32,000 bases of DNA from Nostoc sp. PCC 7120 = FACHB-418 (GTDB lineage: Bacteria; Cyanobacteriota; Cyanobacteriia; Cyanobacteriales; Nostocaceae), in the NCBI RefSeq assembly GCF_000009705.1, contig NC_003240.1, positions 90,001 to 122,000 of the forward strand, in the 5' to 3' direction. The notes under the pieces are model-generated. The model saw nothing but the letters and a program-made list of their open reading frames with translations. It was not told where the DNA came from and ran no database searches. Numbering within the stretch: the first letter of the stretch is position 1; each line of letters begins with the position of its first letter. Shown here piece after piece: positions 15,714-24,006 of the stretch. The translations under genes and the position numbers were made by a program.

Positions 15714-16712
15714 TCAGTCAGCTAGATAGCTGCGTGAGTCAATTCCATATCTTCGTAGAAGCGTGAGAGCTTGTTTTTCCACTTGTCGTACTCGTTCCCG
15801 ACTAATACCCATCCGTTGACTAATCTGTACTAGGGTCAGTTCGCATCCACCTGCTAAACCAAAGCGCAAGATTAAGACTTCTTTTTGCTGGGGAGTCAGC
15901 TTTGCTAATAGGTTGTGAATGTCTTGATAGAGCAATTCTCGTTCGGCGTAGCGTTCGGGAGACATTCCATCATCCTTCAGCAGATCCTGTAATTGGGTAT
16001 CCTGCTCAAACCCAATTCGCATATCTAAGGAAACAGGTTGACGAACAAGCTGCAAATATTCTCGAATCTGACTAGGTTCCAAATTGAGGGCTTGGGCGAT
16101 TTCCGTTACGCCAGCAATGTAACCAAGCTTTTGAGATAACTCTCGCTGAACACACTTAATTTTGTTCAGCTTATCAGCCATGTGAATGGGTAAACGAATA
16201 GTGCGGGATTGTTGTGCTATTGCTCGTGTAATTCCCTGACGAATCCACCAGTAAGCATAAGTGGAAAACTTGTATCCAAGAGTTGGATCAAATTTCTCTA
16301 CCCCTCGTTCTAGCCCCAATGCACCTTCTTGAATTAAGTCTAGAAACTCCAGATTGCGTTTCTGGTATTTTTTAGCAATAGATACCACTAACCGCAGATT
16401 AGCCTGAATCATCTTCTGCTTGGCAATTTGTCCTTGACTTAGTTGTTGCAGCAGCACATCTTCTTTCAACTGCATCTTGTCAGCCCATTCTTGCAGAGTC
16501 GGTTCACGCTGTAATTTTTCAGCTAGCTCTTCTTTTGCAGTAAACATCACCATCATTTGCTGAACTTGTTGAGCAAAAAAAATTTCTTGCTCATGGCTTA
16601 ACAGAGGTACACGTCCAATTTTATGAAGATAGATACTTACTGCATCTGCTGTATATGAAAATTCGTTATTCTTGCTCTTAAGTTTAGTCACTTGGGATGT
16701 TGAATTAGGCAT
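15714..16712 (-). CDS. Group-2 (RpoD-like) sigma-70 factor, second paralog
   Basis: 332 aa. [73 protein letters not shown]. Confidence 0.9.
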   Translation of the reverse strand: MPNSTSQVTKLKSKNNEFSYTADAVSIYLHKIGRVPLLSHEQEIFFAQQVQQMMVMFTAKEELAEKLQREPTLQEWADKMQLKEDVLLQQLSQGQIAKQKMIQANLRLVVSIAKKYQKRNLEFLDLIQEGALGLERGVEKFDPTLGYKFSTYAYWWIRQGITRAIAQQSRTIRLPIHMADKLNKIKCVQRELSQKLGYIAGVTEIAQALNLEPSQIREYLQLVRQPVSLDMRIGFEQDTQLQDLLKDDGMSPERYAERELLYQDIHNLLAKLTPQQKEVLILRFGLAGGCELTLVQISQRMGISRERVRQVEKQALTLLRRYGIDSRSYLAD

Positions 16713-16803
16713 AAATATGTTAGCCTCAATTGAATAAAATCAAATGGTTACATAAAAATAAATAAGCATAAAATAATCGAAATGATAAATTTTAAAAACT
16801 TCA

Positions 16804-17490
16804 TCAATTAATTGGTTCAAACTGTCCTAAAAAAGTAGGTCGGGGACGGGTAATGTCAACTTCCCACAAAGCCTTAACATTCGCTAATGATTCCCGTAAT
16901 AAATCAGGAATCATTCCTCGTAGTCCATAAATTTCTATATCTGGAGTTCCTAAACCAACTGTCTTTAGTCCTAATTGGCGACAGGTGTAAACAGTGCGGG
17001 GAAGATGATAATTTTGAGTTATGACAACAGCTTTATGTACACCAAAAACTTTATGAGCGCGATAACAACTCTCATAAGTGCTGAAACCTGCATAGTCTAG
17101 GGTAATGTTTTTCATCGGTACACCCAGATCATGGGCATATTTCAGCATAGACCTGACTTCATTATAGGAAACTGTACTGTTATCTCCTGTCATCAAGAGT
17201 TTACTAATCTTTCCCATTTTATAAAGTTTGACAGCAGCTTCTACACGGTCTGACAACATGGGTGTGGGATTATCATTTGGAAGAATTCCTGCACCGAATA
17301 CTATTGCAACCTGTTCTTTTGGGACTGATTCTGGTTGAACATAGCGATCGCCATTCGTCATTAAACCTATATAAGCCGTTGCTATTAAAGGTTTTGCTAA
17401 TACACTAATTACTAAACCTAGCAAAATCCATCGCAGGTAACGGAACAACTTGAAATATTTTCCCCCTATACTTTTTTCAAAAAATCTCAT
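16804..17490 (-). CDS. SanA/YdcF-like DUF218 membrane-anchored protein
   Basis: N-terminal TM (WILLGLVISVLAKPLIATAYIGL). DUF218 core: AIVFGAG......P...L..R...A..LY..GK...LL.TGDN......E...M..YA...GV....I.LDYAG.ST.ES. Confidence 0.75.
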   Translation of the reverse strand: MRFFEKSIGGKYFKLFRYLRWILLGLVISVLAKPLIATAYIGLMTNGDRYVQPESVPKEQVAIVFGAGILPNDNPTPMLSDRVEAAVKLYKMGKISKLLMTGDNSTVSYNEVRSMLKYAHDLGVPMKNITLDYAGFSTYESCYRAHKVFGVHKAVVITQNYHLPRTVYTCRQLGLKTVGLGTPDIEIYGLRGMIPDLLRESLANVKALWEVDITRPRPTFLGQFEPIN

Positions 17491-17653
17491 AAAAGTGATA
17501 TTGTACAGAGTATTTTATTGGATCAGTGATGCCTATTATTGGAAGTTTATGTGTACCTATAAATTACTTCTTATATTATCAGCCAGTAAAGAATTCACTG
17601 GCTGTACTTTATCAAAATTACTGTGCCATTTGCGCTTAACTTAGCGATGCTAA

Positions 17654-18082
17654 TTAATTCTCCAAAACCACCCCAGCTACCTTACCATTTTCCTCAACAG
17701 CCGCTCTTCGCTTAGGTAATAAAAACCTACCAAACTTAGAATATAAAGCAGGTAAAACCAGCAAGGTTAACGCTGTAGAAGTAAACAAACCACCTAAAAC
17801 CACTATCGAAAGTGGTTGCAAAACTTCCTTACCTGGACCGACTGCAATTACTAACGGTACTAATCCCAGAGCGGATGTAAAGGATGTCATCAAAATAGCA
17901 TTGAGTCGTTCCATTGACCCGGTTATAATAATTTCTTTTAACGACATTCCGCTAGAAAATTTAGTAGCGTAATTGTCTACTAAAAGCAATCCGTTACGAG
18001 TAGCAACACCAAATAAAGTCACAAAACCTACCAAGGAAGCGACTGAGACAACGCCCCCAGTTAGTGCCACAGCAATTACACC
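17654..18082 (-). pseudogene. Relic F3: C-terminal about 140 codons of a second CzcA-like RND gene, directly behind the intact pump gene
   Basis: GVIAVALTGGVVSVASLVGFVTLFGVATRNGLLLVDNYATKF...LQPLSIVVLGGLFTSTALTLLVLPALYSKFG parallels the last two to three TM segments of 18102..21278 (..LGGGILSVASMVGFITLFGVATRNGLLLVENYNSKF..LQPLAIVVLGGLFTSTALTLLVLPALYSKFG). Homology starts right after an in-frame TGA (18083..18085), 17 nt from the intact gene's stop. The DNA is diverged, so this is not a recent tandem copy. Confidence 0.8.
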
Positions 18083-18101
18083 TCAGGGCGAACGCATCTT
18101 A

Positions 18102-21100
18102 TTATCTCCTTTTGCTATTGTTGAGAATACTTAAATCTTGACTCGTAGTTATTTCTGAAGCGATACCCGTTTGAATTGCTGGGGAAGTTTGTTTGGGTAT
18201 TAAATACGTGCCAAATTTACTATACAAAGCTGGAAGTACCAACAAAGTTAAAGCTGTGGAAGTAAATAAACCACCCAACACAACTATCGCTAAAGGTTGC
18301 AAAATTTCTTTACCCGCACCAGTCCCGATTACTAAAGGAACCATACCTAATGCAGATGTTAGGGCTGTCATTAAAATGGCAACAAGTCTTTCGATTGAAC
18401 CTTGGGAAATTACTTCCCGCAAAGGCATTCCGATCGCAAACTTGCTGTTATAGTTTTCTACTAGCAATAAACCGTTACGGGTAGCGACACCAAATAAAGT
18501 AATAAATCCTACCATTGATGCTACCGAAAGGATACCACCACCCAAAGCCACAGACAAAACACCCCCAATCAATGCTAAGGGTAAGTTACTCATAATTATT
18601 AAGGTTGCTGGGATTGATTTCACGGCGAAATACATCAAAACCGCAATTACAATCATTGATAAACTGCCAAATACCAGTAAATTTTGGGAAGCTCGTTGTT
18701 CCGATTCAAACTGCCCCCCATACTGAATAAAGTAACCAGATGGTACTTGTACTTGCTGTTGAACTTTGGCGCGAATTTCATCTACCACCGAACCCAAATC
18801 TCTACCAGAAACGTTTGCAGAAACAACTATCAAGCGGGAAACATTTTCTCGGTTAATGGTATTCGGACCAGTTCCATAGTCAATTTTTGCTACTGCTGCT
18901 AAAGGTATTTTCTGTTCGTTGGGAGTGTCCACAAGTAAATTACGAATGGTGTCTAAGTTGTTGCGTGCTTCTGGTTTTAACCACACCAATAAGTCAAAAA
19001 GCTGCTGTTTTTCTAATACCTGGGATACTACCCGACCATTGAGTGCAGTTTCGGTAATTTCTGATAAATCGCCTACAGAAAGACCGTAACGTGCCGCAGC
19101 ATCTCTGTCAAACTGAATTTGCACCTGTTTGATAGGTATTTGCGGTTCTAACTGCAAGTCTACTAAACCAGGAATATCTTTCATTACAGCTTCTACTTCT
19201 TTCCCCAAAGCACGTAACTCCTCCAGTTCCGGACCGAATATTTTCACGGCGATCGCACTTCTGACACCGGATAAAATTTCATCCATGCGGTGAGAAATGA
19301 AACCTCCGATAGCTGCTACTGAACCGGGTATTCTCGCAAACTCTTCCCTCACTTTTTCTACCGTTGCTTCCCGATCCTTCATCCCCACATCGCTAATCTC
19401 GATATCGAGGTGGGTTAAGTTGACAGGTGCAGCATCTGCATCTCCTGGAGCGCGTCCCGAACGCATCTGCACTGATGCAATGCGGGGGTCATCTTTGAGT
19501 GCTGATTCAATTGCGTTTCCTGCTTGGTTGGTAACTTCCAAAGATGTACCGGGATATAGCAGCAGGGAATTTACTAAAGTCCGTTCTTGGAATTCCGGTA
19601 AAAACACTCGTCCCAAACTCGAAAAAATCACCATTGATGCTACAAAGGCTGCAATTGCGGTCAAAATTACCACACTAGGGCGTTTGATCGAAAAGTTCAA
19701 CAGGGGACGATATAATCTTTGCGACCAACGAGTTACCCAAGTTTCATCATCTGGTAGTCTTTGGTTGGCTAGCAGTATGGCACACAATGCCGGAGATAAA
19801 GTCATTGCCACTAAGGTTGAAGACAAAATTGATACCAAGTAAGCCCAACCCATCGGAGCGAAAATCCGACCTTCTATGCCACTTAAAGTAAAAATTGGCG
19901 CGAAAACTACAACAATAATTACTGTGGAAAGAATGACGCTGGTTCGTACTTCTACAGAAGTGTCATATACTATTTGGAAAGGATGAACGGGATTTTCTGC
20001 TTTCTGGTTTTCCTGTAATCCCCGGTAACAATTTTCCATATCAACAATAGAATCATCCACAACCGAACCGATGGCGACTACCAATCCTCCCAAGGTCATA
20101 GTATTAATCCCTTGACCAAATAAATTGAGAATCATCATCCCAATTAACACCGACAAAGGAATAGCGCTGAGGGTGATAATAGCAGTCCGCCAGTTCATCA
20201 AAAACATCAGCAGAATAATTGAAACAATTATCGTGCCATCCCTCAGAGAACTAGTCACATTTTCTATAGCATCTTCAATAAAGCTTTCCTGACGAAAAGT
20301 AACCGTGTATTTGACATTGGCAGGTAAGCTAGATTTGAGTTCTGCGATCGCCGTTTCCACAGCCCGACTTACAGTCGGAGTATCAGCTTGGGGTTGTTTA
20401 TCAATTAAAACTACCACCGCAGGCTGAGTATTAAAACTGCCATCACCCCGCTTTAATGCTGCACCAATTTGCACATCAGCAATATCGCGTAAAAGTACAG
20501 GAGTACCATCACGGGCAGTAATCACTGATTTCTGTAAATCCTCAATTGCCGTAATCCTGCCAATACCCCGAATTAATAATTCTTGGTCTGGGTCAATTAA
20601 AAATCCACCAGCCGCATTATTATTAGCTTTGGCAGCAGCGGTGGTGACATCTTCTAAAGAAACATCAAAAGCTTTTAACTTTGCAGGGTCAACTAAAACT
20701 TGATATTGACGGACATCTCCCCCATAGGTGATTACCTGAGAAACACCTGGAACTGCAAGTAGACGGTTGGTGACAACTAGGTCAATAAATCGTCTCACCT
20801 CCATCATGTCGGTTTTAGCTTTTCCCCCTGGCGAATCGATAGTAAAAGCATAGGTAAGGATGGTACCGATGGGATTACTAATTGGGGAAATTTGGGGTGA
20901 CTCGATATTTGCTGGCAGTTTTTGCGACGCTTGCTGCAATCTTTCGGTGACTAGCTGACGCGCTTGATAAATATCAGTTCCCCAATTGAATATAATTCTG
21001 ACAACAGAAATCCCAATTCCAGAGGAAGAACGTACAGTTTCGACACCGGGAGTCCCATTGACAGCACTTTCAATCGGTAAAGTCACCAAAGATTCTACCT

Positions 21101-21278
21101 CTTCGGGTGCTAGTCCTGGTGCTTCGGTTTGAATTTCTACTTGAGGCGGAGCAAAGTTAGGAAAAACATCCAAAGGCATTTGAGTTAGGTTGTAAACTCC
21201 TAACATCATCACAATCATTGCTCCAATCACCACCAGCCATCGTTGTACAATTGACCACTTGAGAATGTTATCGATCAT
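18102..21278 (-). CDS. czcA: Heavy-metal-efflux RND pump, CzcA/CusA family
   Basis: 1058 aa with 12-TM RND architecture and two large periplasmic loops. Family motifs VDDSIVDMEN, GRIFAPMG, ATRNGLLLVENY. Located 9 nt downstream of the membrane fusion protein gene. Confidence 0.9.
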   Translation of the reverse strand: MIDNILKWSIVQRWLVVIGAMIVMMLGVYNLTQMPLDVFPNFAPPQVEIQTEAPGLAPEEVESLVTLPIESAVNGTPGVETVRSSSGIGISVVRIIFNWGTDIYQARQLVTERLQQASQKLPANIESPQISPISNPIGTILTYAFTIDSPGGKAKTDMMEVRRFIDLVVTNRLLAVPGVSQVITYGGDVRQYQVLVDPAKLKAFDVSLEDVTTAAAKANNNAAGGFLIDPDQELLIRGIGRITAIEDLQKSVITARDGTPVLLRDIADVQIGAALKRGDGSFNTQPAVVVLIDKQPQADTPTVSRAVETAIAELKSSLPANVKYTVTFRQESFIEDAIENVTSSLRDGTIIVSIILLMFLMNWRTAIITLSAIPLSVLIGMMILNLFGQGINTMTLGGLVVAIGSVVDDSIVDMENCYRGLQENQKAENPVHPFQIVYDTSVEVRTSVILSTVIIVVVFAPIFTLSGIEGRIFAPMGWAYLVSILSSTLVAMTLSPALCAILLANQRLPDDETWVTRWSQRLYRPLLNFSIKRPSVVILTAIAAFVASMVIFSSLGRVFLPEFQERTLVNSLLLYPGTSLEVTNQAGNAIESALKDDPRIASVQMRSGRAPGDADAAPVNLTHLDIEISDVGMKDREATVEKVREEFARIPGSVAAIGGFISHRMDEILSGVRSAIAVKIFGPELEELRALGKEVEAVMKDIPGLVDLQLEPQIPIKQVQIQFDRDAAARYGLSVGDLSEITETALNGRVVSQVLEKQQLFDLLVWLKPEARNNLDTIRNLLVDTPNEQKIPLAAVAKIDYGTGPNTINRENVSRLIVVSANVSGRDLGSVVDEIRAKVQQQVQVPSGYFIQYGGQFESEQRASQNLLVFGSLSMIVIAVLMYFAVKSIPATLIIMSNLPLALIGGVLSVALGGGILSVASMVGFITLFGVATRNGLLLVENYNSKFAIGMPLREVISQGSIERLVAILMTALTSALGMVPLVIGTGAGKEILQPLAIVVLGGLFTSTALTLLVLPALYSKFGTYLIPKQTSPAIQTGIASEITTSQDLSILNNSKRR

Positions 21279-21287
21279 GATTGTAGT

Positions 21288-23000
21288 TTATGAGTCAGAA
21301 TGATTTTTTGAGGTGGATTTGAGCAGACCACTTTGAGTTTTTGGTTCGTGATGATTATTTTCAATTTCATTAAGATTTTGATATTGAATTTCTTCTAACT
21401 CCGGTGATGTAACAGATTCATTACCCAACCCTCCAGCGTAAGCTGCAACCATGTAGTTTTGGCTACGACGACCAGACCAGATACCTACTACAAAAGCACC
21501 ACCAGCAACTACAGTTCCTCCCAAGGTAGCCATTAACCATAAAGGTAGGGGAAAATTATTAGTATTAGTTTTTTGCAATTGCGAACCTTCATCTTCCGAG
21601 TGGTCATCTTCTTTTTTACTCCCACCCCGTAAAGATTGAGCGTAAAGTTGCGTAGCACGTTGGGTAACTACTGCATCTCCCTCAAATAAACCACTGGTAA
21701 CTTCGATTAAACTCCCAGAAATTTGACCAAATTCAGGTTCAACAGATTGAAAAGCATTACCATTTTTGACGTAGATGATTTTTTTACCATTGGCATCTAC
21801 CACAGCAGAATTAGGAATTGCTAAAATTAACCCAGGTGTCTTATCCGTAACTACTTCCAACTCGGCAAACATACCTGGTTTTAATTGCCCGTTGGCATTA
21901 TTAATTTCAGCTTGTACGGGTACTACTTGCGTTTCTCCTTCTACTACGGAACCAATGCGCTTAATCCTACCTGTAAAAATTTGATTGGGTACGCTAGCAA
22001 CCTTTACATTCACTGGTTGACCAATTTTTACTTTACCCAAATCTTTTCCATAAATATTTGCTGTAGCAAAAACCTCGCTGTCATTAGCTATGGTCATCAA
22101 CTTGCTACCCGTATCTTGAAATGATTGTCCGATAGTGACTTGCCTGTCAGTAACTTGACCATTGATAGGAGCCGTCACCGTTACCAATCCCTTATTATTA
22201 GCAATAGCTCCTAGTTGAGCTAATCGAGTTTGATAAGTAGTATTACTCAGATTAATCCGTTCTTTTGCTACCTTTACTGCTGCTTGAGCGCGTTGAACTT
22301 GATTTTCTGCTTCGATCACATCTCCCCGACGATTGGCTTTAACTAGTTCGGCTTTGGCTTGCGCTAATTGAGTTTGAGACTCTAAAGCCGTGCGACGCGG
22401 TAAAGCACCATTAATCACCAATGACTGGTCTTTGTTATATTTTTCTTGAGCAAATGCGACTTGACTTTGTGCTTGGGCTATTTCTGCTTGAGCGATATTT
22501 TGATAGCGATTGTAATTTTGTTGGGCCAACTTTAAATCAGCCAAAGCTTGTTGTAAATCTGCTTGACCTTGTACTAATTTTTCCTGGGATTCAACCCGCA
22601 AATTCACGAAGTCAGGGCTACTTAAAACCGCAACAGGTTGACCTTTTGTGACCCTTGCACCTGGTTCTACCAACAACTCAGCCACCTTCGCTCCAGAAAT
22701 TGGGGTAGTAACTTCTACTTTCTGACTGGGTAAAGTTTCGATTTTACCCGTCGTTTTAATACCAATATCCAAACGCTGACGTTTGACAGTCTCAACTTTT
22801 ATTCCCAATCCTTTCGCAGTTTGTTCGTCCACTTCTACTTGTCCGCTTGCTTCGCTACCAGCTTGAAACGCACCACTGCCGTGGTCGTGACCTGCACCTG
22901 CTAAAACAGTAGTAGGAGTATTTAGTAGTAACAAACTCAACATTGTCAACGAAACATAACGCAGTGGAGCAGAACATTGAAACAAATTAGAGATTCCCAT
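21288..23000 (-). CDS. RND membrane fusion protein (HlyD/CzcB family) with His-containing N-terminus and an extra C-terminal TM helix plus tail
   Basis: Signal/anchor, then GAGHDHGSGAF. Lipoyl/barrel-sandwich and long coiled-coil hairpin (AQQNYNRYQNIAQAEIAQAQSQVAFAQEKY..). C-terminal extension: DDHSEDEGS, then TM WLMATLGGTVVAGGAFVVGIW, then about 70 polar residues. Confidence 0.85.
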   Translation of the reverse strand: MGISNLFQCSAPLRYVSLTMLSLLLLNTPTTVLAGAGHDHGSGAFQAGSEASGQVEVDEQTAKGLGIKVETVKRQRLDIGIKTTGKIETLPSQKVEVTTPISGAKVAELLVEPGARVTKGQPVAVLSSPDFVNLRVESQEKLVQGQADLQQALADLKLAQQNYNRYQNIAQAEIAQAQSQVAFAQEKYNKDQSLVINGALPRRTALESQTQLAQAKAELVKANRRGDVIEAENQVQRAQAAVKVAKERINLSNTTYQTRLAQLGAIANNKGLVTVTAPINGQVTDRQVTIGQSFQDTGSKLMTIANDSEVFATANIYGKDLGKVKIGQPVNVKVASVPNQIFTGRIKRIGSVVEGETQVVPVQAEINNANGQLKPGMFAELEVVTDKTPGLILAIPNSAVVDANGKKIIYVKNGNAFQSVEPEFGQISGSLIEVTSGLFEGDAVVTQRATQLYAQSLRGGSKKEDDHSEDEGSQLQKTNTNNFPLPLWLMATLGGTVVAGGAFVVGIWSGRRSQNYMVAAYAGGLGNESVTSPELEEIQYQNLNEIENNHHEPKTQSGLLKSTSKNHSDS

Positions 23001-23157
23001 CGCTTGTTGTGTCCTAAGTTAGTGAGAAAGCAGAATCGCCGGATGTTGGCATTTAATGTGCAAATTTGGACTACCGCTTTCTTTAGCTAGTTACATTGCT
23101 TTTGTGAGTAGTTTAAGGAATTTGAATAGTAGTCTTTTTCCAGTGTTTCATATCGAT

Positions 23158-23175
23158 ATGAAATTTGGGTGAAAT
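23158..23175 (-). promoter_or_regulatory. Direct-repeat box, copy g (ATGAAAT ttgg GTGAAAT)
   Basis: Half-sites at 23158 and 23169, 158 nt upstream of the membrane fusion protein ATG (23000). The proximal half-site is also the right arm of a perfect 18-bp palindrome TTTCATATCGATATGAAA (23146..23163). Confidence 0.5.
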
Positions 23176-23550
23176 TTTTAGCTGGAATTTTTGTTAGGAA
23201 TAACTATAATATTTAGGCTATATTCATGTTTAGAATTTTACATTTTTCCTGGAACTACAAAATACACAAAAAAATGTATACACATCATATACATTTTTAA
23301 ATTACTGTAGGCATTCTTACAACACAACTATAAATATTTACTTCTAAGTAGGTAGGCACAAAAAAACCAAACTATGTAAAGATAAGTAAATACGGAGAAA
23401 AATTTACCGAGGAAACAAAAATATATGGACACTCGTTTAAATGAAAGTCTTGATTGAAAACTAAACTGGACAAATCCATTAAATTTCAGGAAGGAAAGGT
23501 TTGTCTGTGTGCCTAGTAAAATCCAGATGGTTGTTAGCTTAAAAGTAATT

Positions 23551-23925
23551 ATGGAAATTTTGACAGCTACCATAGCTTATCTGATATTGGGTTCGGTAAC
23601 TGGAATTTTAAGTGGATTAATTGGCATTGGAGGAGGTGTATTCATTACACCAGCACTCGTTTATTTTTTTGGTTTTTCCCAGCATAGCGCCCAGGGAACC
23701 ACCTTGGCTTTGATGGTTCCACCAATTAGTTTACTCGGAGCTTGGGCTTATTACCAGCAGGGATATGTAGACTTAAAAGTAACTATCTTTGTCTGTGTTG
23801 GTTTTTTCTTGGGAGCATTGCTAGGTGCTAAATTTGCCATTGGAATACCAGAGGTATTTTTGCGAAGGATATTTGGGACAGCACTACTTTTTATCGCTTT
23901 TAAGATGATTTTTACTAAATCGTAA
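23551..23925 (+). CDS. Half-size TauE/SafE (DUF81) family membrane transporter
   Basis: Four TM segments with GILSGLIGIGGGVFITPAL and G.LLGAK motifs typical of DUF81. The start was placed at ATG 23551 (MEILTAT..) rather than the GTG at 23509. Confidence 0.65.
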   Translation: MEILTATIAYLILGSVTGILSGLIGIGGGVFITPALVYFFGFSQHSAQGTTLALMVPPISLLGAWAYYQQGYVDLKVTIFVCVGFFLGALLGAKFAIGIPEVFLRRIFGTALLFIAFKMIFTKS

Positions 23926-24006
23926 TACCTAAATCAGCCAACAAAATTTAGCACAATTGCACAGGGGAGAAGTTCAGATTAATACATTTATACTATTAAT
24001 TTGCGA

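Noticed and set aside
17580-17604. 8-bp stem hairpin (CAGCCAGT / ACTGGCTG) downstream of the RND operon, as a terminator.
   Set aside because: No U-run follows on either strand. It may still be a processing or termination signal, but I cannot support the call.
17450-17644. 64-aa + strand ORF between SanA and the RND relic.
   Set aside because: It overlaps the SanA start on the opposite strand. It is AT-rich with no motif, so probably non-coding.
23328-23573. 81-aa minus-strand ORF in the czc/TauE intergenic region.
   Set aside because: The sequence is AT-rich and Phe/Leu/Lys-rich, with no homology features. It overlaps the start of the TauE-like gene. Most likely a chance ORF in promoter DNA.
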